From positions 9,176,001 to 9,240,000 of the forward strand of contig CATNEN010000001.1 of the NCBI GenBank assembly GCA_950097015.1: 64,000 bases of DNA. Reading direction: 5' to 3'. The position numbers were made by a program, and so were the translations under genes. Shown one piece after another: positions 28,575 through 40,200 of the stretch (its first letter is position 1; each line of letters starts with the position of its first letter). This DNA comes from Macrostomum hystrix. Its lineage: Eukaryota > Animalia > Platyhelminthes. The notes under the pieces were generated by a model. That model worked only from the letters and a program-made list of their open reading frames with translations. It was not told the origin of the DNA and did no database searches.

Positions 28575-28889
28575 TATCGACCACGTCAAGGTCCGCCACC
28601 GCCGCTGCCGCCTAGAAAGTACTTAAGTAATACCGGCTCACCCGCTTCGCAAACACGACATCATCAAGATTTGCAGCAACAGCAGCAGCTGATGCCGCTG
28701 CAGAACGGTGGAGTTGGAGCTGCGCGTCACATCGCCATGGCAACCGCGACCGGCGTCGCTGGAAACCAGTTCGGCAGTCGCAGTTCGGTGCACGCCATGC
28801 AGTTCTATCAGCATTCGGCTAGCGGAATGGGCGCAGCCGCGGCTTTGGTTGCCCCGGGTGGCTCAAACTTAAGCGGCGATTTTCTTTAA
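26988..28889 (+). CDS. CABIT-domain protein (THEMIS/GAREM/Serrano-like), 633 aa, with polyQ and Pro-rich C-terminal tail
   Basis: Long non-repetitive ORF from ATG 26988. CABIT-like segments: DYSSGWFEVLNESG..YWTSVKDVARNKP and KCSDANGHLVFLNLEDKCAVSPVAGAENISGVHTLQSLLSKFQFPLSVRPVFG. Contains PPPPLPPRK, an SH3-ligand motif typical of THEMIS/GAREM. Confidence 0.8.
28520..28573 (+). repeat. Coding (CAG)n microsatellite encoding polyQ
   Basis: Run of CAG triplets in frame; further CAG runs at ~28080-28135, 28230-28280 and 28470-28500. Confidence 0.9.
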
Positions 28890-29009
28890 CGTGGTTTGTA
28901 TTCAATAGTTTGCCTTTTTCTCTAAGGCTTAGATATGTAATGACTCCACAATAAGCTCAGATAAGCTTAAAATGCACCGAATATAAGTTTTCTACGAGTT
29001 CTTATTTTT

Positions 29010-31583
29010 ATAATGAGAAATCGTTGATTATCATGAGAAATCGTTGATCATCATGAGAAATCGTTGATTATCATGAGAAATCGTTGATTATCATGAGAAA
29101 TCGTTGATCATCATGAGAAATCGTTGATTATCATGAGAAATCGTTGATTATCATGAGAAATCGTTGATTATCATGAGAAATCGTTGATTATCATGAGAAA
29201 TCGTTGATTATCATGAGAAATCGTTGATTATCATGAGAAATCGTTGATTATCATGAGAAATCGTTGATTGTCATGAGAAATCGTTGTTTATCATGAGAAA
29301 TCGTTGATTATCATGAGAAATCGTTGATTATCATGAGAAATCGTTGATTATCATGAGAAATCGTTGATTATCATGAGAAATCGTTGATTATCATGAGAAA
29401 TCGTTGATTATCATGAGAAATCGTTGATTATCATGAGAAATCGTTGATTATCATGAGAAATCGTTGATTATCATGAGAAATCGTTGATTATCATGAGAAA
29501 TCGTTGTTTATCATGAGAAATCGTTGATTATCATGAGAAATCGTTGATTATCATGAGAAATCGTTGATTATCATGAGAAATCGTTGATTATCATGAGAAA
29601 TCGTTGATTATCATGAGAAATCGTTGATTATCATAAGAAATCGTTGGTTATCATGAGAAATCGTTGATTATCATGAGAAATCGTTGATTATCATGAGAAA
29701 TCGTTGATTATCATGAGAAATCGTTGATTATCATGAGAAATCGTTGGTTATCATGAGAAATCGTTGGTTATCATGAGAAATCGATGGTTATCATGAGAAA
29801 TCGTTGATTATCATGAGAAATCGTGGTTTATCATGAGAAATCGTTGTTTATCACGATAAATCGTTGATTATCATGAGAAATCGTTGTTTATCATGAGAAA
29901 TCGTTGATTATCATGAGAAATCGTTGATCATCATGAGAAATCGTTGTTTATCATGAGAAATCGTTGATTATCATGAGAAATCGATGATTATCATGAGAAA
30001 TCGTTGTTTATCATGAGAAATCGTTGATTGTCATGAGAAATCGTTGTTTATCATGAGAAATCGTTGATTATCTTGAGAAATCGTTGATTATCATGAGAAA
30101 TCGTTGATTATCATGAGAAATCGTTGATCATCATGAGAAATCGTTGTTTATCATGAGAAATCGTTGATTATCATGAGAAATCGTTGATTATCATGAGAAA
30201 TCGTTGATTATCATGAGAAATCGTTGATTGTCATGAGAAATCGTTGTTTATCACGATAAATCGTTGATTATCATGAGAAATCGTTGATTATCATGAGAAA
30301 TCGTTGATTATCATGAGAAATCGATGATTATCATGAGAAATCGATGATTATCATGAGAAATCGTTGACTATCATGAGAAATCGATGATTATCATGAGAAA
30401 TCGATGATTATCATGAGAAATCGATGATTATCATGAGAAATCGTTGATTATCATGAGAAATCGATGATTATCATGAGAAATCGATGATTATCATGAGAAA
30501 TCGTTGACTATCATGAGAAATCGATGATTATCATGAGAAATCGATGATTATCATGAGAAATCGATGATTATCATGAGAAATCGATGATTATCATGAGAAA
30601 TCGTTGTTTATCATGAGAAATCGTTGACTATCATGAGAAATCGTTGGTTATCATGAGAAATCGTTGGTTATCATGAGAAATCGTTGATTATCATGAGAAA
30701 TCGTTGATTATCATGAGAAATCGTTGATTATCACGAGAAATCGTTGATTTTCATGAGAAATCGTTGGTTATCATGAGAAATCGTTGGTTATCATGAGAAA
30801 TCGTTGATTATCATGAGAAATCGTTGGTTATCATGAGAAATCGTTGTTTATCATGAGAAATCGTTGATTATCATGAGAAATCGTTGATTGTCATGAGAAA
30901 TCGTTGATTATCATGAGAAATCGTTGATTATCATGAGAAATCGTTGATTATCATGAGAAATCGTTGATTATCATGAGAAATCGTTGATTATCATGAGAAA
31001 TCGTTGATTATCATGAGAAATCGTTGGTTATCATGAGAAATCGTTGATTATCATGAGAAATCGTTGTTTATCATGAGAAATCGTTGATTATCATGAGAAA
31101 TCGTTGATTATCATGAGAAATCGTTGATTATCATGAGAAATCGTTGGTTATCATGAGTAATCGTTGATTATCATGAGAAATCGTTAATTTATCATGAGAA
31201 ATCGTTGATTATCATGAGTAATCGTTGGTTATCATGAGAAATCGTTGATTATCATGAGAAATCGTTGATTATCATGAGAAATCGTTGATTATCATGAGAA
31301 ATCGTTGATTATTATGAGAAATCGTTGATTATCATGAGTAATCGTTGATTATTATGAGAAATCGTTGATTATTATGAGAAATCGTTGATTATTATGAGAA
31401 ATCGTTGTTTATCATGAGAAATCGTTGATTATCATGAGAAATCGTTGATTATCATGAGAAATCGTTGATTATTATGAGAAATCGTTGATTATCATGAGTA
31501 ATCGTTGTTTATCATGAGAAATCGTTGATTATCATGAGAAATCGTTGATTATCATGAGAAATCGTTGATTATTATGAGAAATA
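29010..31583. repeat. 20-bp minisatellite (tcatgagaaatcgttgatta), ~128 copies
   Basis: Near-perfect 20-bp periodicity. Confidence 0.97.
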
Positions 31584-32074
31584 TTTCACACTTTATATTT
31601 CGGTGATTTCCTTTATTTTTGAGTTGCGGGGTAGCTTATAGACGTTAAACTACTCATAGTAAATAAAAAAAAACCTGACTTTTTTTATAAATGTCATTCG
31701 CTCAAAAGAATTCTATTGAACACTTAAAACGTTCTGCAATTTTCCACAACATTATTGACAATTCTCAAAGAAAAATTTCTTGAAAAATGTCGAGTTACTT
31801 CCTGTTGATGTAGCTGTTTTTGCCAACGAAAAACTTGCGTCGTTTCAACCACATGCGCAAAAATATGTCTATAATGTGAAATCTATTTGAACATATTTTA
31901 TTACTGATTAAAATTCATTGCATTCGAAGTTACCACACTTACGAGTACTTCAACCTACTGTACACAGGTTAATAGACTGTCGCTTCTGTATTTAACATTT
32001 TCGGTGAATTGAAAAACTGATAATGTACCGCAACTTCGCTGAGTTAATTTCAGCTCCCAATCTAAAATTCCTGG

Positions 32075-32690
32075 ATTTCCTGCGTGAATTTCCAGGATTC
32101 CCCTGCTTGAAATCCAAGGATTTTCGTGGGAAATCCCAGGATTCCCCTGTTTGAAATCCAAGGATTCTCGTGGGAAATCCCAGGATTCCCCTTTTTGAAA
32201 TCCAAGGATTCTCGTGGGAAATCCCAGGATTCCCCTGTTTGAAATCCCAGGATTCCCCTTTTTGAAATCCAAGGATTTTCGTGGGAAATCCCAGGATTCC
32301 CCTGCTTGAAATCCAAGGATTTTCGTGGGAAATCCCAGGATTCCCCTGATTAAAATCCAAGGATTTTCGTTTCCCCTGTATGAAATCCAAGGATTCCCCT
32401 GTTTGAAATCCAAGGATTCTCGTGGGAAATCCCAGGATTCCCCTGTATGAAATCCAAGGATTCCCCTGTATGAAATCCAAGGATTCCCCTGTTTGAAATC
32501 CAAGGATTCTCGTGGGAAATCCCAGGATTCCCCTGTATGAAATCCAAGGATTCACGTGGTAAATCATTATCCTGTTTGAGATCCTAGGATTACTCTGTGG
32601 GAAATCCCACCATTCCCTGCTAGAAATCCCAGGATTCCCCTGTGGGAAATCTAATATACCCATGTATTAAAATCCCAGGATTCCCCTATC
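32075..32690. repeat. Mosaic ~21-23-bp minisatellite (gaaatccaaggattctcgtgg / gaaatcccaggattcccctgttt)
   Basis: Two alternating related units. Confidence 0.88.
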
Positions 32691-33749
32691 TTAAGTCATG
32701 TTTAAAAATAAGATTTTCTTTCAGGTGTGGTTTTTTAATCCACACAATCGCATGCTATTTGCTTCCATTCGATAAATTGAAAAAATGTACACTAAATTTT
32801 TTATGTAACTCGAAAAATAGTTCATTCAGAGCGTCAACTTTTGTTGTAAAATGTTTCTTTGTATTTCAAACTATTTTTTCGACTTGGAAAAGTGTTAGAC
32901 TAATTACATGATGACACTTTTCCTTACACGTTTTAGTGGAAAACGAAAATATATATTATTCGCTGCTATAGCTCTCGTGTTTGTCATCGCCAGATTAAAT
33001 TTGTTGAATCATTTATTTTGGTCACTACTTACAGTAGAAAATGCTAGTTTTAATACAAAGAACTAAATGAAAGAGCTTGTACTCTTGGAAGGCCTGAGTA
33101 GGACTGAGTTTAGTACATGTATAAATCACACGGATGTACAGTACACGGATTATTGAGAATAAAAAACGATAAGTCACTCTAGATTAGACGAGAAAGTTGC
33201 ATACTGGTCTTATGTTGTTATGCTTTTATTTCAGTTGCTGCTATCAAGATTGTTAATAGCACTCCACGATTTTCTAATTAGTTTGATTGTTTAGACCAAT
33301 TGCATTAATCTACAGTGGGCCCTGGAAAGGTTCATGTAAACAAAATTCTTGAAACTAGCATCAGTCCACTGTACGCTAATGTTACATTTTCGATGTGCGT
33401 AACGGTTAGAGAATTTATGACGTACTGACGTAAGCAGCAAAGTACTCTTGGTCAAACGGATGCAGAAAATTTCGACAGAACAAGTTGTCAAGTTCGGAGA
33501 AAAGGATATATTAAGATGTAAATATAAGTTTGCGTTATACAGAAAAAAATTAATTGCAAAACAGCTATCCAACACTGAAGCTGCACCAAACATTAAAGTA
33601 TTCTCAGGTAAGTCAATCAGAGCCAGATACGTATGAGAGATCTCATGATTCGACGTGTAATTATCAGGCTGAGCAGGTGTTAAACTAGTCAGACAGAACA
33701 GGTGATAAACTATTATTATACAGAACAGATATTGAATATATCAGAAAGA

Positions 33750-34165
33750 TATTATCAGACAGAACAGGTGTTAAACTGCTATCAGGCAGAACAGGTGTTA
33801 AACTGTTATCTGGCAGAACAGGTGTTAAACTGTTATCAGGCAGAACAGGTGTTAAACTGTTATCTGGCAGAACAGGTGTTAAACTGTTATCAGGCAGAAC
33901 AGGTGTTAAACTGTTATCAGGCAGAACAGGTGTTAAACTGTTATCAGGCAGAACAGGTGTTAAACTGTTATCAGGCAGAACAGGTGTTAAACTGTTATCA
34001 GGCAGAACAGGTGTTAAACTGTTATCAGGCAGAACAGGTGTTAAACTGTTATCTGGCAGAACAGGTGTTAAACTGTTATCAGGCAGAACAGGTGTTAAAC
34101 TGTTATCAGGCAGAACAGGTGTTAAACTGTTATCGGGCAGAACAGGTGTTAAACTGTTATCAGGA
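33750..34165. repeat. 27-bp minisatellite (gttatcaggcagaacaggtgttaaact), ~15 copies, directly upstream of the cGLR-caspase start codon
   Basis: Direct periodicity; degenerate copies from ~33660. Confidence 0.93.
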
Positions 34166-34252
34166 ATCGCTCTATACTAAAAAAATTCCAGGCACAAACG
34201 CAGAGACAAGGCAATTCTATTGTGCACCGATATCCTCTTACCTGTAGTTGCC

Positions 34253-37200
34253 ATGGGCAATAAAATTGCCCGCGGTCATGAGGTAAGTCCCAGTGTGCGG
34301 CAGATTGGTCTTGGCGACTATTTGGACGGAGACACGCGTTCGCCAGAATCTCAGCTACTTGTAACAACAGAGAATGACGCGACTGATAACCCCGGAGAAG
34401 AGGCCCGGATTCAAAGCCGAGTTGAGGTAATGTTCAATCTGCTCAATTCGGTTGTTAAACCCAGCGAGCGGGATCTGTGGTGCACGCAAATGATTCGACA
34501 GGCGGCCTCCGAACGTCGGTGGCTAGTTGTGAAGCACATACTACAGTCGATTCCAGAGCCAACTGTACGGCAGCAATGCGCCGCGGAGGCCACGAAATGC
34601 GCAGTCACGTGGCAGGACTGGTCGGTGGCCCAAAGCCTAGTCCTTGCCGTTGTAAACTCTCGAGCTCGCCAGGCTATCTGCGCGGACGCTGTGAAATTCG
34701 CTGCTCAAGCCGGCAACCCAGAAGCCGTTGACGCCTTCGCTAGCCTAATTACAGATCAGACCGTTCTGGACGACTGCCTGAGCAAGGCGGCAGTTGCCGC
34801 TGCGGCCGTCAAAGGAGTCGACGACAATCGGGCTTCGTTGTCATTTAGGCTGACGAAAGAGATCAAGGATCCGGCCTTGAGAGATCAGTGCAGCAAAAAT
34901 GTGGCTAGCTTGTTCTCCCTGTGCGGTCGTTGGCACACAGTCGAGAACTTGGTGGAAGACATCGCTGATCAGTCACTCAAGAGCGCCTGCTACGCTGAGC
35001 TGGCTCCTCGAGCTGCGGAGTCGAATTGCTGGCAGATTGCGGCCAATCTGAGCACCAGCCCAGGTGAGCCATTAGAGAGGGAACAGGTGTGCTCAGAAGT
35101 GTTAAGCATAGCCGCCAGGAAGAATCAATTCCAAGAGCTGGCAGACGAGCTGCTCAAGACGATGTCAGATGCCGGCCGAGATAGCTGCTGCAGCGAATGC
35201 TCAACCCTGGCAGCATCCTGGGGCCACTGGGAGAGTGCGGGCGATGCTGCTCGTCGGATCTCAGACTCGCAGCTGCAGGACCACAGTCGAGTGATCGGTG
35301 CCAAGCGGGCTGCCGAGATGAAGAGCTGGCCGACAGCGTTGCAGTTTCTAAGCGGTATCGCGGACACAGACACCAGGAAAGCGTGCTTGAATGAGCTTGC
35401 TAACACTGTTGTAGAGAGCAAAGCCTATGATGTGGTGGCTCAGGTTGCTGCGCTAATTTCGAATGCTGACATCCGGTTTCAATACCTGTACAAGGCTGCG
35501 AGTCAAGGTATCGAAGATGGAAAAGTGGAAGTGGCCATTGACCTTCTGCAATTAATCGACGAACAGCAAGCTAGGGACCAGTGTTACAAGGACGCGACAC
35601 TTTTGTGCGCTTCGAGTGGCGACTGGGGACCCATTGTTCAGCTTGTCGGTCAAATTTCCCAGCAAACACTCAAAGACGAATGCTGCGCTGACTTAGTCGC
35701 ACTGGATGGCGCCCTGCAGCATCCTAATATTATTTTTCAACTGATAAATCTTGTAGACAGCGCACAAAGCAGGCATCTGTGCTGTTTGGCCTACGCCAAG
35801 GCGGCTGCCAGTAATATGGACCGCACGATGGTGTTCAGACTGAAGAGTTTGGTGACGGATTCGGCTGCGTTGGACAGGTGCTGGCAAGAAGCGGTCGCAC
35901 GCACTGCAACGCTCGGCTACTGGTCTGAAATTCCTCAATTTGTTGATCAAATCGGCAACGCGAAGATTCGAGACAACAGCCTGCGTTTTGCAGCGAAACT
36001 GGCATCGACCAGGCGAGACTACAAACTAGCAGAAGATTTCATAATAAAGATTTCGGACTCTGCAACAAAGGACGAATCTTATCTGCTGGCTGCGACCTCC
36101 GCTGCGACCTGGAGCGATTGGGATGAAGTTCATGGGCTGACTCTCTTCATAGACGATGAGAAATTGAAGGACCAGTGCTATGCCGAGTCCGCATTGGCAG
36201 CCTATAACAAAGGCAAATGGGACATTGCAGATCGCTTCGTGCAGCACATTCGCGACAGCGACACCAGAGATCAGTGCCTTATTCAATCCGCAAGATGTGC
36301 ATCAACGAAGCGTGAATGGCTAGAAGTGAAGCGGCTAACTAACAAATTTGAGAGCGTGAAAGTCAGGCAAGCTTGCATCTGTGACATTGTCAAGGCTGCC
36401 GCGGCACACCTTGTGCAAGACTGGGTAGAAGCCAAACAGTTTCTCAAATTTATTGTCGATTCGAAGATCCGGGATGAATGCTTGTTCGAAATAGCCGCCT
36501 ATGCGACTAGAAAAAACAACATAGATACCGCCAAACAAATTCTTGTTCAAATCCTTGATGTCGGATTTCTCGATAGCTGCTGCTTGGAGCTAGTTAAACT
36601 AGCGGCAGTCAGTGGACTGACCAACCTTTCTGAAATCATAAAGCTGGCCTCCTGTGAGAGTGCGGCTAATCTGTGCTCAGCCGAAGCTGTGAAGGCCGCA
36701 GCCCTGAGCGGTAGCTGGAATTTGGCGAAGCTGCAACTGCCGCTAGGGACAGATGTGCCAGGCATTTTCGCAGCCGGTTTCAAGACTGACCAGCTTGGCT
36801 TGGCTGAATGGCAGTTACGCAGTCTGTCCAACTGCGCCATCGCTGCAGAATGTGAGCAGTTGGTCACTGCCATTGTACAGGATATGAGGCACCTGCAGGT
36901 GGTACAGCTGCTTGACGAGTGCATCGCAGCTGGCCTATCAGCACTGGCCATTAAGTTAATCAAGTTGCGCTTCGAGCAGCCGGACCAACGCAACGAGTCT
37001 GGCAGCACTATTCTCATGCTGGCTGCTGACAGGAGCCGCGATGAGATCGTCAAGTTTTTGCTCGACTTCGGAGCTTCAGTTAGCGCAACGGACCCGCAGG
37101 GTCGGACCGCTCTGTCTCGAGCTTGTCTAGCCGGTCGAGCCAGAACGGTTAAGATTTTGATCGACGCAGGCTCAGATGTGAGACACTGCGATGCTGACGG

Positions 37201-37287
37201 CCTTTCTTGTGCTCAGCTAGCAAAGAGGGCTGGTCGGAGTGAGGTTCTGCGCTTGCTAGAACCGTCTGCTCCTGATCCCATGTCACG
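34253..37287 (+). CDS. Exon 1: ~23 x 33-aa TPR-like alpha-helical repeats followed by ~3 ankyrin repeats
   Basis: Repeat consensus I.D...RD.C....A..AA..g.W..a..l. Ankyrin motifs NESGSTILMLAA, DPQGRTALSRACLAG and DADGLSCAQLA. Donor GTATGT at 37288. Confidence 0.9.
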
Positions 37288-40200
37288 GTATGTGTGTACA
37301 TTCAACCTCCGAAATAGATACGCTCAGCATAACATTCAATTCGTCAATATGCACTGCTTGTAAATTTTAGTTTGCCAGAAAAAACCACGGAAATTTGTCG
37401 ACTTCCTTGCGAGTAAGAAATTTTGTTGTTGTAAAATTTGTCTTTCTCTAGTTGAATAATTCAAGCTTTCGAGTCATTTAAATAAGTGTCAGACTTAGGA
37501 CTGGGAGGTTGCGACTTTAATTACTAGTAGTGTGCTTATAATAATTGCAGGAGGGCTGTGGACATTAATGCATCACTTGGTGGCAGTAGAACCGCAGCCA
37601 GCGAGGAGGCAATTCTGCTCATTTCGCTGACTCCTGAGCACACAGGCATTCAGATACTCTTTCATCGTCAGGCAGTGAACACTCTCACTGTGTTCTTTAA
37701 GGAGGTTGGCCTTCAAGGGCATAAATTGCACGACAAGCCCCAAAGCCTTCTCTCCGCGGCAGCGCCCCCAAATGAATGTGGCCTTGCCGCAGAATCGAGC
37801 TCAGGAACCTCAGGTGCGAGAGGCAATGGTATTAGACCGTTCTGCCACTCATCGGCTTAGAAGCGCTGCGTAAAAGCTCTATTTGAGCCACTGAAATCTG
37901 GTCCAACTAGGCTTTAGGTTTTATTTCTTCTGAAAGCAGTCTTAACATCGGCAGAGTCGTTCAAAAATCGTTAAACAATTTTGTTTCAACTTTGTTAATC
38001 TTATATGAAATAAGAAGCAAAAACTGTTTTTCGAACCGTTTTTTCAGTAACTTAACAATGGACGACATGAGCCTAATTGTGCACCGGTTGCTAAATGAGG
38101 CGGGAATCACCGAGACTAGTGCCCACCAACAGCAAAGTCTTGGCTTCAGTTTAGAGTCGGCGGCAAGAGCGATCACTATGGAGGACAGGCACCTCGTTGG
38201 CAGCTGCATCGAGGGCTGGGGCTTCGGCCAGCTGGCATTGAGGCTGTTCGAAGCCAGCGGAAACAAAGACAGCGGAAACAAAGACAGCGACATCAACTGG
38301 ACGGTGCTAGTTGGCTCCAGACAGGAGCGGACATTTCATCTGGCCAAAAATTGCCAGTGCCAAGCCGAAACTGACTCTGACAATGGGATATTGCCAGCTG
38401 ATGTGAGCGAAGGCTGCGTCAAGATCATGGCTTCACGAATTGGTACGTTTTGCATCTCGACTGTACGTGTGGGTTTGCTTCGTACAATGACCACGGTGGC
38501 ATTTCAAATACCCACATTTTTTCTGTATCTCCCAAAATGTTCTACCAATTGCCATGACAATCCAGAATACGGGCTACAATTTTCTGCTCTATCCTGTGAC
38601 ACAACTTCCAAAATCACAGAACATCGGCCAAGTGCAGTCGAAATAAACCAAGCTATACGGATGCCAATTCCTTTTCATCTGATAGTTAAAATATTACGTA
38701 ATAATCAGTTTTTTACGGACAAACACAAACAGAACAGCACCAAGATTTTTGGGAAAACTTCTCGAAGATGGACCTTTGTGGAATCTTCTCGAAGCTGGAA
38801 GATCTTGTGGAATCTTCTCGAAGCTGGAAGATCTTGTGGAAGCTTCTCGAAGCTGGAAGATCTTGTGGAATCTTCTCGAAGCTGGAAGATCTTGTGGAAT
38901 CTTCTCGAAGCTGGAAGATCTTGTGGAAGCTTCTCGAAGCTGGGAGATCTTGTGGAATCTTCTCGAAGCTGGAAGATCTTGTGGAATCTTCTCGAAGCTG
39001 GAAGATCTTGTGGAATCTTCTCGAAGCTGGAAGATCTTGTGGAATCTTCTCGAAGCTGGAAGATCTTGTGGAATCTTCTCGAAGCTGGAAGATCTTGTGG
39101 AATCTTCTCGAAGCTGGAAGATCTTGTGGAATCTTCTCGAAGCTGGAAGATCTTGTGGAATCTTCTCGAAGCTGGAAGATCTTGTGGAATCTTCTCGAAG
39201 CTGGAAGATCTTGTGGAATCTTCTCGAAGCTGGAAGATCTTGTGGAATCTTCTCGAAGCTGGAAGATCTTGTGGAAGCTTCTCGAAGCTGGAAGATCTTG
39301 TGGAAGCTTCTCGAAGCTGGAAGATCTTGTGGAAGCTTCTCGAAGCTGGAAGATCTTGTGGAAGCTTCTCGAAGCTGGAAGATCTTGTGGAAGCTTCTCG
39401 AAGCTGGAAGATCTTGTGGAATCTTCTCGAAGCTGGAAGATCTTGTGGAATCTTCTCGAAGCTGGAAGATCTTGTGGAATCTTCTCGAAGCTGGAAGATC
39501 TTGTGGAATCTTCTCGAAGCTGGAAGATCTTGTGGAATCTTCTCGAAGCTGGAAGATCTTGTGGAAGCTTCTCGAAGCTGGAAGATCTTGTGGAATCTTC
39601 TCGAAGCTGGAAGATCTTGTGGAAGCTTCTCGAAGCTGGAAGATCTTGTGGAAGCTTCTCGAAGCTGGAAGATCTTGTGGAATCTTCTCGAAGCTGGAAG
39701 ATCTTGTGGAATCTTCTCGAAGCTGGAAGATCTTGTGGAATCTTCTCGAAGCTGGAAGATTTTGTGGAATCTTCTCGAAGCTGGAAGATCTTGTGGAAGC
39801 TTCTCGAAGCTGGAAGATCTTGTGGAATCTTCTCGAACCTGGAAGATCTTGTGGAATCTTCTCGAAGCTGGAAGATCTTGTGGAAGCTTCTCGAAGCTGG
39901 AAGATCTTGTGGAAGCTTCTCGAAGCTGGATGATCTTGTGGAATCTTCTCGAAGCTGGAAGATCTTGTGGAAGCTTCTCGAAGCTGGAAGATCTTGTGGA
40001 AGCTTCTCGAAGCTGGAAGATCTTGTGGAATCTTCTCGAAGCTGGAAGATCTTGTGGAAGCTTCTCGAAGCTTGGAGATCTTGTGGAATCTTCTCGAAGC
40101 TGGAAGATCTTGTGGAATCTTCTCGAAGCTGGAAGATCTTGTGGAAGCTTCTCGAAGCTGGAAGATCTTGTGGAAGCTTCTCGAAGCTGGAAGATCTTGT

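Noticed and set aside
33702-34247. 181-aa ORF with QAEQVLNCY repeats
   Set aside because: 27-bp minisatellite, non-ATG start, out of frame with the downstream gene.
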